Positions 1-21,656 of a stretch of 64,000 bases of DNA are shown piece by piece; positions within the stretch are counted from its first letter, which is position 1; each line of letters begins with the position of its first letter. A model generated the notes under the pieces. That model saw only the letters and a list, made by a program, of their open reading frames with translations. It had not been told where the DNA came from and did not search any database. A program made the translations under genes and the position numbers. The DNA lies in the NCBI RefSeq assembly GCF_009914755.1, contig NC_060930.1; one strand, given 5' to 3'. This stretch comes from the human T2T-CHM13v2.0 reference genome, Homo sapiens.

Positions 1-383
1 ATAAAACAAACTGAACTCACCTGGCTGGGGAGCAGGCAGAGAAACTCAAAGGCTTTATTAACAGCAGTGCAGTGTCATTCTTCATCAACTAGAAGACTCC
101 AGCCTTCTGCAGGTCTGTCAACCCACCCCAGACCTCCTCAGTCACAACCTTGGGAAACTGGATTACAAGACTGACAGATGATTGCAAATGTTCAAAATTT
201 TTATATTCCCCCAACACTATGGTTCTCATAAAACTTCTCCATCTTACTCAAAACAAGCCACCCCCTGCAGCTTTCCAACTGGTATTAAATTGGCTGAATA
301 ATCCCCCTACTGTCAAAAATTTTGTTCTACACAAAAGGAGGGTGATCAGACAAGAAAAATGGACAATCGGCCCCCAGAAGTCA

Positions 384-887
<504 letters not shown>

Positions 888-1580
888 TCAGAGATGGAAG
901 CCCCCATCTGCTGCACATGCTCACATCCTGTCCCATCTAAATTACTAACTACTTTAAGGGATTAAGTAAAATGGCACATAGGAGGGAGGAAAGGCTAAGA
1001 GAAGACGAGGCATCTGGCTTTCTGTGTCTCCTTGGTGAGGGAAGACCACACCAATGCCAGCCAGCAGCAACAGCAGCTGTGAAGAGAAGCCGCCTTCAAG
1101 GAAATGCAACAGGAGAGAGAGAAGGGAAACAAAAGTCAAAAAAATCCCCAGTAAGGATCAGATACCACTTTCCTGAGCATACACACATCCTCTGCCCAAA
1201 TGCCTGCGAAGTAGTCTGAAATACAAGTCATAATAATGTAAACCAGGTGTTTTAACTTCCGACCATAATGGCTGGCAAGACCATCAATGTACAATAATAA
1301 CAACAACAAGAACATCTGAAGTGCATCTGTGTTTAAACACATAACAAGCATATTTTTCTTTCTTCTCCAAGTAGGTGTCTGTTCTGCATTTATATTGGGA
1401 TAGCGTCAAGGAGACTATGGACTAAGATCCTTTCTAGAAACAGTTCTTCTGTCTTTGAGAGTAACACTGGTGTTTTGGTTTTTTGTTTCAAAGAAAACAC
1501 TGATGACAGGAGATGTTGTTTCAGGGAGGGAACTGGAAGTCTTCAGTGGTAGGAGATGCGAACGCTCAGAGGTCACCTCA

Positions 1581-1919
<339 letters not shown>

Positions 1920-2270
1920 TCATGTTGTCCTACAGCCCAGGGAGAGGGAGGCTTAGGGACGTATTTCTTGATAGGGGTGTTACTGGCATTTGGACCAGAC
2001 CAATGTTTTGTCGGATGAGACTGAACTAGTCTGAAATACAAGCATTGTTAGCAATTCTGGCCTCAGCCTAGGAAATGCCCATCATGCACTCGGACATTGT
2101 GACATCCAAAACAAAACAAAAACACACAAAAAACCAGAACAATCTTCCACACATTTCCAAATGCCCTCTTGGGGAGTACCACCCCTGAAAGAGAACTGGA
2201 ACCAGATGTCCCAAGGTCAACTTTCAAGGTTGAGAATAGCTGTGCTCTGGAGGAGAAAAAAGAGAGAAGG

Positions 2271-2583
<313 letters not shown>

Positions 2584-2909
2584 TTACAGACATCAAAAAT
2601 AACCTAGGCACAAACCTTTGGGGGTCAGTTGTAAAACCACTATAGCAAATTGCCCAAGAATGGCTGTAGACTTTTTAGAGTTAAGAGGAAGTGTATATGT
2701 GTGTTTATGTGTGTTAATAAGTAAAATAACCATCTTCTCAAATAGCTTAAGCACAACTGCACTCAGACATAAGAGGTAGATGAAATGACTGCTTGGGCTC
2801 TGAATTCTACCTGGAGAATTGGTAGTGAAGGATCTAAAGGAATAGAGTTAATGTCCCATAGTCCATTAAAACAATATCATTACTGACAGACACAATTACA
2901 CATTCATTC

Positions 2910-3201
2910 TTTTTTCCTTTTTTGGAGACAGAGTCTTGCTCCATCGCCCAGGCTGAAGTGCAGTGGTGCGATCTTGGCTCAATGTAACCTCCACCTCCCA
3001 GGTTCAAGCAATTCTCATGCCTCCTGAGTAGCTGGGATTATAGGTGTGTGCCACTACACCTGGGTAATTTTTGTGTTTTTAGTGGAGACAGGGTTTTACC
3101 ATGTTGGCCAGGCTGGCCTTGAACTCCTGGCCTGAAGTGATCCGCCCGCCTCGGCCTCCCAAAGTGCTGGAATTACAGGCATGAGCCACCACGCCTGGCC
3201 C
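2910..3201 (-). mobile_element. AluS
   Basis: Full dimer; TSD caattacacattcatt. Confidence 0.92.
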
Positions 3202-3274
3202 AATTACACATTCATTTTAATGAGGCATGGTCACATGTTAATAGCAGTTATGGTCATTTTAAAAAATGAACACG

Positions 3275-3663
<389 letters not shown>

Positions 3664-4136
3664 CTAGGAATCTAGCGTGCAGCCTGCTGCTTTGCCCACA
3701 ACAGCCCTCGCCTCCTATTGATTTCCTTCCACGCAGGCCAAGTCACAGTTCCCTTTGATAAGAATAACCAATAGCCTTCTAAATTTCCCCAGAAACATGG
3801 TGGGTTGAATTTTCAGTTGGATTTTCCACAGCTATAAGGAGAAAATTAATGTAGGAACCAACCCGGTCTTATTCTGCCTACTCACCCACTCCATCCCGAC
3901 CTGACACTTTAATCAACTCGGCGTGTTTAAAAATAAATTTGATTGTATCAGGGAAGAGAAGTTGCTCAGAGCTCTGTGGCCACCCACAGCAGAATCTTCA
4001 AGGCATGCCTCATTTTTCAGGAGTTTGGTTGTTTCGTGTGTTTTTTCTCCATTTTATTCCAGTCCCCAAAACAAAGATTTGAAGGAGGGGAAGTACCTTG
4101 GCAATGGCCAAGGAGGGTTTCTTCCTAGCTCCTTCA

Positions 4137-4558
<422 letters not shown>

Positions 4559-4561
4559 TAG

Positions 4562-4853
<292 letters not shown>

Positions 4854-5589
4854 AAAAGAGAAATTTTAAAAAGAGCTCATGTAGAAGAAAAATGGTGCTG
4901 CTCACTGTGAATCTGGGGCATAGCAGTGAGGCGGCAGGGACACTGAGCCCCACAATTCCGCCAGGGCCCTCACCAGTAGGTGAAGCCGGGTACTGGGTTT
5001 GGGGGAGTTTGAGCTCTTAGGGGCAATATACAAATTCTGATCTAAACCCTCCCATGTTTATCAAGCACCCATTACATATATTCAGCCAGAACCAGAGCAA
5101 TGATTGGGTGCAAACCTCATGCTCGCCTCTAAAAATTTCCAATTTGAGGCACTCTGCCTGGTGCAGTTTGGGTTGCTTAGTCTGACCATTCAGGGAACCC
5201 CAAAACATCATAACACGGTTTCTTCTGGGATACTAGTTGCTCTGATCATTTCTATGAATGCACAGACTGTCTGCACTGAAAAAGGAATGCAGATTTCTCA
5301 TTTTCAAGATAATAAAACTGAGGCCCAGATTAGCAAAGAATCTCATTTCTCAAATAAGAAAGCTTCCTACTGAAAGTTGCCTCCTTTATAAATCCTCAAA
5401 TGAGTAGGTGATATTTGAATGCCAAATGATACCACAAGACAGATTAGCATTGATTTAAATGCTGCTATCTGACAGATCTGGCCATCAATCATAACCTGAT
5501 GTCTCAGGAGAGTCATCCTTTAGAAAAGGGCTGGGGAACAGCATGACCAGAATTTACAGCTGAACCAACTCTGCCTCGGAGCTGTCCTT

Positions 5590-5772
5590 TGCGCAACTGC
5601 TTGGGCAGCATCAGAATCACCTGAAAGGTTTGCTGGACCCATTCCTGGAGGTCCTAATGGAGTAGGTCTAAGGTGGGGAGTGAGTTTGCATTTCTAACCA
5701 GTTTGTGCTGGTGCTACTGTTGATGCTAAAGCTGCAGATGGTCATGGAGCCAGTGCCATATTTTGAGAACTC
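5590..5772. mobile_element. MER5-type hAT MITE
   Basis: gcagcatcagaatcacctg...gtaggtct...tttgcatttctaac...tttgagaac. Confidence 0.6.
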
Positions 5773-5859
5773 CATGCTAAAGCAAAGAGGGGGCCTACAC
5801 ATTTAATTTACAGATATTTCAAGAAAACTGGTCATTACAATCATAAGCCACTTATGTGG

Positions 5860-6255
5860 TGCTCTGGGCTGAACTGTGGGTCTCTCCCCTACTCCCAAAA
5901 TTCATATGTTGAAGCCCTAACTCCCAGTATCTCCCAATGTGGCTATATTTGGAGCTAGGGTCTTTAAGAAGATAATCAAGTTAAAATGAGGTCAGCAGGG
6001 ACGGCCCTAATCTTATCTGACTGGTGTCCTTATGAGAAGAGGAGATTAGCACTCAGACTGACACACAGAGAAGACCATGTGAGGACGTGGGAGAAGATGG
6101 CACCTGTGAGCTGAGGAGAGAGGCCACAGAAGAAACCCACCAGGCTGACAATTTGATCTTGGACTTCTAGTCTTAAGAACTGTGAAGAAATAAACCTGTT
6201 GTTTAAATCACCAGTCTGTGGTTCTTTGTTTTGATAGCCCTTGCAAATAAATACA
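5860..6255 (+). mobile_element. MaLR LTR, MLT1B-like
   Basis: aaaattcatatgttgaagccctaactccc...ttggacttctag...aaataaa...aaataca. Confidence 0.8.
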
Positions 6256-6374
6256 CATGGAGAAGCAAGATGGTGTGAAGGAAAATAGTATCTATTTTGC
6301 TAGGAACCAAGAGACGTGGGTTCTAGTCTCAGCCCTGCTGTGAGGCAGATGAGATTTCTCCTCTCCACTTCTCA

Positions 6375-6791
<417 letters not shown>

Positions 6792-6829
6792 GGTTTTTTA
6801 AATTGTGAATTTATTTGCTTTTGGTTCTG

Positions 6830-7278
6830 AACAACTGGAAGATCTGGATAAAATACAAAAATAATCTGTTCAGATGCACTGGGAAGCTATGGAATTCTCC
6901 AGAAGCACCAGGATCCAGAAAGAATGGAAGCTCCTGGAGAGAGCCAACACTTCATTTGCTGGTTTTCAAGCAGTTTTGAGCTAGAGGATAAGAATCAGTG
7001 CAGAGCTTTTGGCTATCCCTCAGGTCTAGGCAAACAAAAAATGGAGCTGTGGCTGTCAGGGCAACTGAGAGGTGGGGCCAAAATGCCAGAGAGGAGAGAG
7101 ATGTGGAGAAGGAATCCTGAAGCTCCTCACTGGTTTCCCCTCCAGTCGTTGGTTAATTCCTAAGCTATGTTTAGAAGTTTAGCAAGAAGCTAAGAGGGCT
7201 TACCAAAAGCAGCTGAAAAGCTGAGTAAAGCTTTCAAGTCTCAAGGTGATGGGGAGACAAAAAATTGGAGTTTGGGAC
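6830..7278 (+). mobile_element. Possible old L1M 5' region fragment
   Basis: Weak resemblance (gttaattcctaagctatgt; agctgaaaagctgag; aaaattggagtttgggac). Not firmly assigned. Confidence 0.35.
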
Positions 7279-8024
<746 letters not shown>

Positions 8025-8158
8025 GGAATCTTTAATTGAATACAATGTATATTTAGGACACTCTGCTTAGAACTTCAGTTAGAGAAATACCAACAGAGGA
8101 AAGAGATATTTTACCAAAACAATCATTTAAAAATTTAAGAATCTGCAATCTTCTAAAG

Positions 8159-9021
<863 letters not shown>

Positions 9022-9411
9022 TGAGGGGAGTTAAGGGGAGGATTTGTGCCCATGCTTGGGGTGAAATCAAGGGAATGGCAGCTGCCTACAGAGTCAGGTT
9101 TCAGGACAACAAGGAGGGTAGAGCCATGGCGACGGGACAGATGGTGGCTGAGGTGGCTAGTGATAAGCGGGACAGATTTGTGGAACATGTGGGCATTCCC
9201 TGGGGATCCCCACTGCGATGTGGGGAAGGGAACCTGGTAGAAGTCTTACTTCCTGCAGTCCAACACAGTGGGGCTCGTGCTGGGATGATCTGGGTTTAAG
9301 AAGGAAGTGTGACCTTGTTACGTAGGTCTGAGATGGTTGCCCCTCAGGGCTGGCTACTCTGTAGCATTCTGTCACTTGCCTCTCCCCTCTGCTAGTGCCC
9401 ACCTTTTGCAG

Positions 9412-10416
9412 TAAAACTGACATTGCAAAATTGTAACTGAGACAGTGAAAGAGATCTGACCTAACCAACTCCATCTTGCTTCTACCCTCCAAGCTAATAA
9501 ACAAGGAATGAACCTTGTTTATTCCTGGGCGTAGGCTGAACTAACTTTGGGAGGAACTTAGTTTATAGTTTAAAATAAAGATGGGCTGGGCATGGCATCC
9601 CAGCACTTTGGGAGGCCGAGGCGGGTGGATTACTTAAGGTCAGGAGTTCGAGACCAGCCTGGCCAATATGCTGAAACCCCACCTCTACTAAAAATACAAA
9701 AATTAGCCGCACGTGGTGGTGTGTGCCTGTAATCTCAGCTACTCAGGAGGCTGAGGCAGGAGAATCGCTTGAATTTGTGGGGTGGAGGTTGCAGTGAGCC
9801 AAGATTGCACCACTGCATTCTAGCCTGGGCAGCACAGTGAGACTCTGTATCAAAAACAAACAAACAAACATGGTAACAGCCCTTTCCCGAAACAAGCCTC
9901 CTTCTTGCCTGGGGACTAGATTGCCTTTGTAGGACTAACAAAGTAGCCACAAGATTAGAAACAATGGCTTAGGAGTCACGCAGCTGGAGGCTACAAAATT
10001 CTGACCCTCCCTAAACTGCTCCTAAAATCAGTGCTTGAGATATTTTGCAGACCCTGCACTTGATGGATCAGCTGGCACAGCTGGCACCACCCAGATGGAT
10101 AAACTGGCTCACCTGATCTTGTGGCCCCCACCCAGGAACTGACTCAGCGCAAGAGGACAGCTTCAGTTCCCTGTGATTTCATCTCTGACCTGACCAATCA
10201 GCACTCCTGGCTCACTGGCTTCTCCCCACCCACCAAGTTGTCCTTAAAAACTCTCATCCCGGAATGCTCGGGGACACTGATTCGAGTAATAATAGAACTC
10301 CGGTATTCCGCGCAGCTGGCTCTGTGTGAATTACTCTTTCTCTATTGCAATTCACCTGTCTTGATAAATTGGCTCTATCTAGGCACCAGGCAAGGTGAAC
10401 CCATTGGGTGGTTACA
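9412..10416 (+). mobile_element. LTR8 solo LTR (ERV1), interrupted by an AluS at ~9583-9870
   Basis: Matches recalled LTR8 from taaaactgacattgcaaaattgtaactgagacagtgaaagagatctgacc to ...gaacccattgggtggttaca. Confidence 0.85.
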
Positions 10417-10893
10417 GGGGGTTGGGAGTCCTCATGGTGGGTATGGCAGTCACTTGACTGGCTTGAAGTCTACCCACTCTGTGTTTTGATTCTGTGTGGT
10501 AGCATGTTCTCTGAGATCCTATTAGAGAAGTGGAGAGAGCAGGGAGGGGCAGAGAGGCACAGGTAAGGTGAGAGAGAGAGGTTAAAAAGAAGAGGCTCTA
10601 AAGAGGGGCTTTTACATTTTATTATATTATTATATATTATATTTATATATTATATTAATATTATAACTGTAATATTACTGTTATTTTTTATTATTACTAT
10701 TAATGGCATTATAAGTGCTTTGGTAAAGACTGAATGCATTTGTAAGTCTTATTTTGGTCTGAGCCTGGGTTCTCTCATCTGTAAGTACAGGGACTAAATC
10801 AGATCAACCTTTTTCAATCTGTCTGCCTCTCAGTCCTGGCGTTCTGAGGTGTTTCCTGAGGACCTCAAAGGAGGAAGCTCAGCAAGCCTTTAA

Positions 10894-11578
<685 letters not shown>

Positions 11579-12077
11579 TAAAGTGCTACTCCCTCTGGGA
11601 AGGATGGCTTTGGGGAGGGATGTAGTGGTGAGACCAGTTATGAGTCTGATGTTGAGGTTCAGGTGTGGGGTGATGGGAATGGACCATGAGGATACTGAAG
11701 GCATGAAGAGGGGGCAATTCTGAGAGCCACCCCAAAGCTAGACGGGTGGGTAGGTCTGGGAGGATGCATTTTGGCTGGCTTTCCTTAAATCTAGCATGCT
11801 CCTAGGCTGTCTTCCCTGGCCTTGGGTTGATGTGTGTTCATAAAAGGTCAGTTCTTCTCCCATCCCCAAATAACTCATATAATACATTGATACAAATAAC
11901 ATATAGATCCTTAAGTCAAATAGAGATGACTTTTGCATTATTTTATACTGTTATGGTTTAATTTACTCATGTAATACTTGTAAACATGGCTATCAATTTC
12001 TGTGTATTTGGAAATTAGGAATTAGTGTCTTATTGAATATAGAGGAGCTTATCTTCATTTATGAGAAAAAAATTTAA

Positions 12078-12373
12078 TTTTTTTGGTGGGGCGATGGAGT
12101 CTTATTCTTGTTGCCCAGGCTGGAGTGCAATCGCGTGATATTGGCTCACTGGAACCTCTGCCTCCCGGATTCAAATGGTTTTCCTGTCTCAGCCTCCCCA
12201 GTAGCTGAGATTACAGGCATGCGCCACCACGCCTGGCTAATTTTGTATTTTTAGTAGAGACAGAGTTTCTCCATGTTGGTCAGGCTGGTCTCACTACTGC
12301 CGACCTCAAGTGATCTGCCTGCCTCGGCCTCCCAAAGTGCTGGGGTTACAGGCATGAGCCACCATGCCTGGCC
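12078..12373 (-). mobile_element. AluS (Sp/Sq-like)
   Basis: Full dimer. Confidence 0.9.
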
Positions 12374-12734
12374 AAAAATTTAATCTTAATACAACTTTTA
12401 TATCCAGAAACTGAAATAGAGGGACAGTAGTAAAAAGGTATTGCTTTTATTCTATTTTTAGTACATTTTTGGGATCTTTTTTGATCAGTTGATTTTTTCC
12501 TGATGTAAATTACACATATGCATATACATATATTTTAGCACTCAAACTGAAGCCAACTCAAGGTACAGCAGAGAAGCTGAAATTTTAGAGCAGATAAGCG
12601 CTTTGATTTGAATTGATTGATTAGTTATCCTGATGTTTGAATTAGGTCCGGTTGGTGGGGACAGGGAGGGGTGGTATGATGTTGGAACAGCCCAGTGTAT
12701 GCCTATCAGTGAGACACTGGTTAGATAACATTCA

Positions 12735-12892
12735 GGCCAGGTGTGGTGGCTCACACCTGTAATCCCAGCACTTTCTAGGCCATAGGCGGGAGGATTACTT
12801 GAGTCCAGGAGTTTGAGACCAGCCATCGCAACATAGTGAGATCTGGTCTCTATTAAAAAAAAAAACCCAAAAATTAAAAAAAAAAAAAAAAA
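12735..12892 (+). mobile_element. FLAM/AluJ monomer
   Basis: Single arm with A-tail; TSD taacattc. Confidence 0.85.
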
Positions 12893-13346
12893 GTAACATT
12901 CTTCAACACAAGGTTTCCCAAACAAGGTAGGTTGAAAATTGGAAACATCTGCTTTTGATAGCTGACGCTTGTCCTGATGGCTATTCAGAGAAGGTGCTTT
13001 CCACAAAAGGCATACCGAGGAGGAGGAAAGGGGAAATGAGAGAGGGAAATAGCATTAAAAGTCTAAAGCAAGGGACGTGGCTTAAGCAATTATTCCTAAA
13101 TTAGGAGCCTAAAACAAAAACCTGATTTTACAACCATCTTCTCTTGATCCTTTAAGCTAACTGATGAATACAACCATTCCTGCTTATTTTGGAGCTTTTG
13201 ATTCTCTCCTTTTGATGGCATCTGTTTTAAATTATATCTTTATTCAATTTGAATAAGATAAAATTACCTTAAAAACTGATTTTGAGAATTTGAAAAGTTG
13301 ACCAATTCAGTTTTGACTTAATTTCTTTAAAAGAGGTTCTTAAGCG

Positions 13347-13814
<468 letters not shown>

Positions 13815-14110
13815 GAGGATCAGTTCTCTTTCCCCACCAGAATGTCCAAGCCCAACCTCCTGAAGATTAAGGAAAGCTTTTTCCAGAAAAACACATCTGC
13901 AGAAACTTGAAATAAGACAAACTTTAAGGTCATTAGTTCTTGGTGTCTCAAACTTCTCCACTTCTGAAAAGGATCATTGCTTCACCATTGTTTAACTAAA
14001 GGCCCTTACAGTTATTTTCTGTAAAACAGTCTGTCCTCAAGGTGAAACAAAGCCCCTACACCAGAGAAATAGAAACAAAATAACACAAAGACATCAAAAC
14101 AACTAGTTAA

Positions 14111-14490
<380 letters not shown>

Positions 14491-14561
14491 TGTAGTTAAA
14501 CTTTTTAAATGGCATTTCCCCCCTACTTTTAGCCATTGATGTTTCACAAAGTAAACCTTGG

Positions 14562-15670
<1,109 letters not shown>

Positions 15671-16009
15671 CAAATAGTGGGGGAACTGCCTTGGGGCCCA
15701 GTCTTAGCCAGAACACCTCATAGCACACACATCTACACTCTCCATAGTAGGTGAGATTTAAAGAGACCTTAAGTCACTGTATTAGAGAGACTCTGAAGGT
15801 ATAGAATAGGGGCGAGTTCCAGTTATCTCAGGTAAGGATACATGGGGAAGTGATGAGCACAAGAAACCGTATAAATCTTTGCTGTCCAACAGAACTTTCT
15901 GTGAGGACAAACATGTTCTTGGCAATCTTCAATTCTGGGGCCACTCACCAGGCACTGAGCACTTAAAATGTGGCAAATGTGATGGAGGTGTTGCATTTTT
16001 CGTTTCATT

Positions 16010-16500
<491 letters not shown>

Positions 16501-16586
16501 TGAATATCATCTATAGCCGGCCCAGCCAGTGTCCCCCAGAATCTATTCAAATATGTCGAAGCACTTAGAAACTCAGCACCTCATAA

Positions 16587-16970
<384 letters not shown>

Positions 16971-17106
16971 TAGAAAGTTTTTTCTGATGAGTGACTCAAA
17001 CCTTTCGAAAAGGGAGCTCTTGGATAAATGCCTAATAACAACAACAACAAAAAACTGAAGCAAAGTGTTCCATTCTTCTGTCCTTCTCTGCACCTAGAGG
17101 TGAGGT

Positions 17107-17185
17107 TACTCCTGACCTCAGGTGATCCGCCCACCTCGGCCTCCCAAAGTGCTGGGATTACACGCGTGAGCCACCGCTCCCGGCC
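17107..17185 (-). mobile_element. Alu 5'-end fragment
   Basis: actcctgacctcaggtgatccgccc...cggcc only. Confidence 0.85.
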
Positions 17186-17682
17186 ATGAAAGCTATTTTA
17201 AACTTCCAAAGATTATACTGTCCATTGATAATGGGAGCGCCTAAGTGCCCTGGTGTTATGGCCCCAGTCAGCACGCCATCTAAATGCTGAAGATAATAAT
17301 CTTGCTTCTAATAGGAACCCCTTGAAAAGGAACCCTGTTCAATGCAGTGTTGCATTAAATGGAACGGCTTTTGAATAGGTGAGGCTCTATTTCTTTATGA
17401 AGAAAATCTCTCTGTGAAGCACCGTCTCCCTGCAGTGACATATTCTTGTATTCAACCGGATGCTTCACTGGTTTTTTGTGTGTGTAAGCTGAAGCTGAAA
17501 ATATTTTACTAAATATAAATATCTCTATATAGTTATAGGTGATTTTCTGCCTATTTTCTCCCTTTTATCCATTCCCTCTTTCTTGTCGAGTTCTCACACC
17601 TACCATTCAGGGGATATCTTTTCTTTTTTTATAGCTTGTCTAGTTTTCAGTATTTGTCAAAGACCTAGTGTAACCGCTGGAC

Positions 17683-18259
17683 CTTTTGTTTTTGTTTTGT
17701 TTTGTTTTTTCTTTGAGACAGAGTCTCGCTCTGTCGCCCAGGCTGGAATGCAGCAGCGCTATCTTGGCTCACTGCAACCTCCGCCTCCTGGGTTCAAGCA
17801 GTTCACCTGCCTCAGCCTCCTGAGTAGCTGGGACTACAGGTACCGCCCAGCTAATCTTTTTGTATTTTTAGTAGATACGGGGTTTTGCCATGTTGGCCAG
17901 GCTGGTCTTGAACTCCTGACCTCAAGTGATCTGCCGAATTCAGCTTCCCACCACTGGATCTTCTTTTTTTGTGTATGTGAGATGGTGTCTCACTCTGTAG
18001 CCCAGGCTGGAGTGCAGTGGCACGATCTCGGCTCATTGCAAGCTCCGCCTCCAGGTTCACACCATTCTCCTGCCTCAGCCTCCCAAGTAGCTGGGAATAC
18101 ATTTGCCTGCCACCATGTCCAACTAATTTTTTTGTATTTTTAGTAGAGATGGGGTTTCACCGTGTTAGCCAGGATGCTCTCGATCTCCTGACCTCGTGAT
18201 CTGCCCGCCTCGGCCTCCCAAAGTGCTGGGATTACAGGCATGAGCCACCGCACCTGGCC
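17683..18259 (-). mobile_element. AluS (17683-17950) and AluY/Sc (17960-18259)
   Basis: Second copy has TSD accactggat. Confidence 0.88.
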
Positions 18260-18465
18260 AACCACTGGATGGGGTCCTATCTTCTTAATGGTTTGAGGAT
18301 CCCTTCAAAAATCTCCAATAATAATAAGCACCATTGGCTGGACATCCTGGGCGCCAGGCAGTAGGTTAAAAATGTGCATTTATATGCTTGATATTATTCC
18401 ATTTGTAATCGAGATGTATTTGTACATGAAAAGTTGTGTCCAAATCATCAGTTATCAGTCAAATA

Positions 18466-18738
18466 TGTTGGGGCTCAGGAAACAGTACCCCAAAATAGGG
18501 TGCTTTGACCTGGAGAACTAAACAAACAGCCTCAAGGTCTCTCTGACCTCCCTCAGCCCTGTTCCTCAATACTCTGCCTCTCTCAAAACACAGAAGGAAG
18601 CTTTTCTCTGAAGTTCCCTTATCTACCTAGAAACTAGACCCCCAAAGAGAAACACAATTGCCTTCAACCCCTTCCCTGAAATTTCATTATCCAGAGAAAA
18701 TTAAAATTAAAATTAAAATTAAAACTTATATCACAGAG
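18466..18738 (+). mobile_element. MER39-family LTR, 5' part (ERV1)
   Basis: Begins tgttggggctcaggaaacagtaccccaaaat...cagcctcaaggtctctctgacctccc. Runs into an Alu 3' stub. Confidence 0.65.
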
Positions 18739-18751
18739 CAAGACTCCGTCT

Positions 18752-18788
<37 letters not shown>

Positions 18789-19097
18789 GAAATACTCCAC
18801 CTAATTTTTTTTTTAATTTAATTTTTTTTTTTTTAGAGACAAGGTCTTCTGTGTCGCCCAGGTTGGTCTCAAACTCCTGGGCTCAAGTGATCTTCCCACC
18901 TTGGCCTCCCAAAGTGCTGGGATTACAGGCAAGAGCCACCACACCCATCCAATAAAATGTTAATTCCTAAAATAGAAATAAATTTCAGAATTGTCTTTCG
19001 TATGAAAAAAAAAAAAGTAGCCATTGAGGGTATCCAAAAACTTCAGTATAAGAGATCAGGCTTGGGGGCCTCCTCCTGACCTCTAAAAATGAGTCCT

Positions 19098-19662
<565 letters not shown>

Positions 19663-21479
19663 TAGTCCTAAGGACTCCCAGACACTACTCCAACAGCATG
19701 AGAGACTCCTGTTACCACAGCAACTGCCCTATGGCATCACTGTCCATGCCAAAATCCTCCTCCTCGCATCTTCTGAGGGCTTTCGGCCAGGAGTGTGAAA
19801 GAGAGCTTCGCGGCAGGGGCAACATCAAGGGTTCCCAATGCCTTTCCTAGAAGTGAAATTCCTTCCCCCGCGCTCATGGACCAAGGTTTCCTAAAGCCTG
19901 GGGGATTCCTAAGGCACCTAGAGCTGAGGCAGACTACAGACATAGCTGAGTTTACATACTTCCCTGGCACATTGCAGGGCTTCAGTAAATGTGTATTTAT
20001 TAAACGTATGCAAGAGCTAAAAGCTCCTTTGCCAATGCCCAATAAATTTTAAAGACAATACAGAAATCTGACTCACACGATGGTTATTGACAGACAGAAT
20101 ATTGGAAAGGCCATAGTGCCGTCATGTGGATCTTTGTAAGGGTTAATGGCTGCTTCTTTGAATCTCAGTGTAGCAGCTGCAGATGACATCAGATTTTCTG
20201 CCACATTGGCTTAAATCAACACAATGAATCCATCAAGGGGAAGGCCAAGGCACCATTTGGGGCTTACAAGGAAGGACTGGCCAGAGGTGTTCAAACAAAT
20301 GAGATTTCCCCTGCTGTATGAGGACATCTAAAATGTGACCATTTTAGGCATTTTCATAAAACAGTTAACTGCCTTTCTCGCTGAGAAAAAGACACACAGG
20401 ACAAACATCAAGAGGCACAGATGACTACATCTCAGCCCAGTGTTGGGTGAGACAGAATGTTAGGAATTTGCTTAATTAGTAAGCAACAATTAATACAATT
20501 AGTTTGTATTAATTTGTACAACAAATACACATGAACTTCCTAGCTGTCTTTGTTCTCCCAGGTCCTCTCATCAGGTGATAGAACTGCCACATCACACATG
20601 GTTGCAATTATCACATTCCTAATAGAACACACATTCTGGAATATTCAACAGTCTTTTTATGAAAGACACCCAAAGCCTAAGAAACAATCACAGTCTTCAG
20701 AATTGCAGCGTGAACAATCCTGACACGTTGATTCTTCATTTAAACACACTCAGGAACAGCCAACAAATGGCACGTGTTGTCTATCTGTGCTCTCTGCAAA
20801 TATATGTATGCTAGCGTCATCTAATGTGTCACCACATTTACCCTTTGTCTCAGCAGTCCTACCGGCCAAAACCCTAGGGAAAGAATGGCAAATTGGAAAT
20901 GCAATCTACAGCATTCCTTTCCAGAAAATCTCAGGACAGGTATTTTCTTAGCAGTTCTGGGCTCATCATATTCAATTAATTCCCCACAGCCAACGATTTC
21001 ATTTTCCGTAATAACTCAGAAGAGACCAAGAAAGTGATGCAATTCCATCTCCTTCCCTATCAACCACCTGCAAAGCTTTCACCTGCTGTAGTCAGAAGCC
21101 ATTCCCCAGGCTCCCAAAAGTGTGAACAGCCCAAGGGTGGGTCCCAGGGGCAGGAGGGAAAGCCACGGAGAAACAGAGGCCAGGCGGTAGGGGAAAAATT
21201 GCATTTCTTTTGCAGAGAGTAAAACAGATACCCAGGTGGTAAACATAACTTCCAATTACTTGCCTTAAACCAACCCTGAAATGTGAAGTTCTCATATTTC
21301 CTTAGCTGACAACAGGCAGAAGATCCAGTCTGTAAATAACAAGGACTTTAGACTATAAATTTAGGGCTTTCAAGGGAAGCTCCAGGCTAGTCCCAGCATT
21401 TCCTCAGGCAGGCTTCAGTGTGGCATACTCTGCAGTCCTCGTGAATCACTCTGCCTGGCTGGACCAGATGAAGGACTAG

Positions 21480-21650
21480 ATTCCTCAGAGTGTGAAACTA
21501 GTACCACCTTCCTAGGAAGTCACCTAAGTCCCCTGTTACAAATGCAAATTCCTGGGCCTTATCCCAGACCTAGTGAGTCAGACTCTCAGAGGAATCTACA
21601 TTTTTAACTAGTGCCCTCTAATGAGGCTAGTGCACAGTAAAAATTTGAAA
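21480..21650. mobile_element. MER5-type hAT MITE
   Basis: aaatgcaaattcctgggcc...cccagacctagtgagtcagactctc...aatctacatttttaac. Confidence 0.55.
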
Positions 21651-21656
21651 TTTCGA

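Noticed and set aside
4965-4990. CTCF-like ccagtaggtgaagc
   Set aside because: It lacks the core GGC, so the match is too weak.
19795-20052. 85-aa ORF in unique sequence
   Set aside because: GTG start, no recognisable domain, and no clear splice signals.
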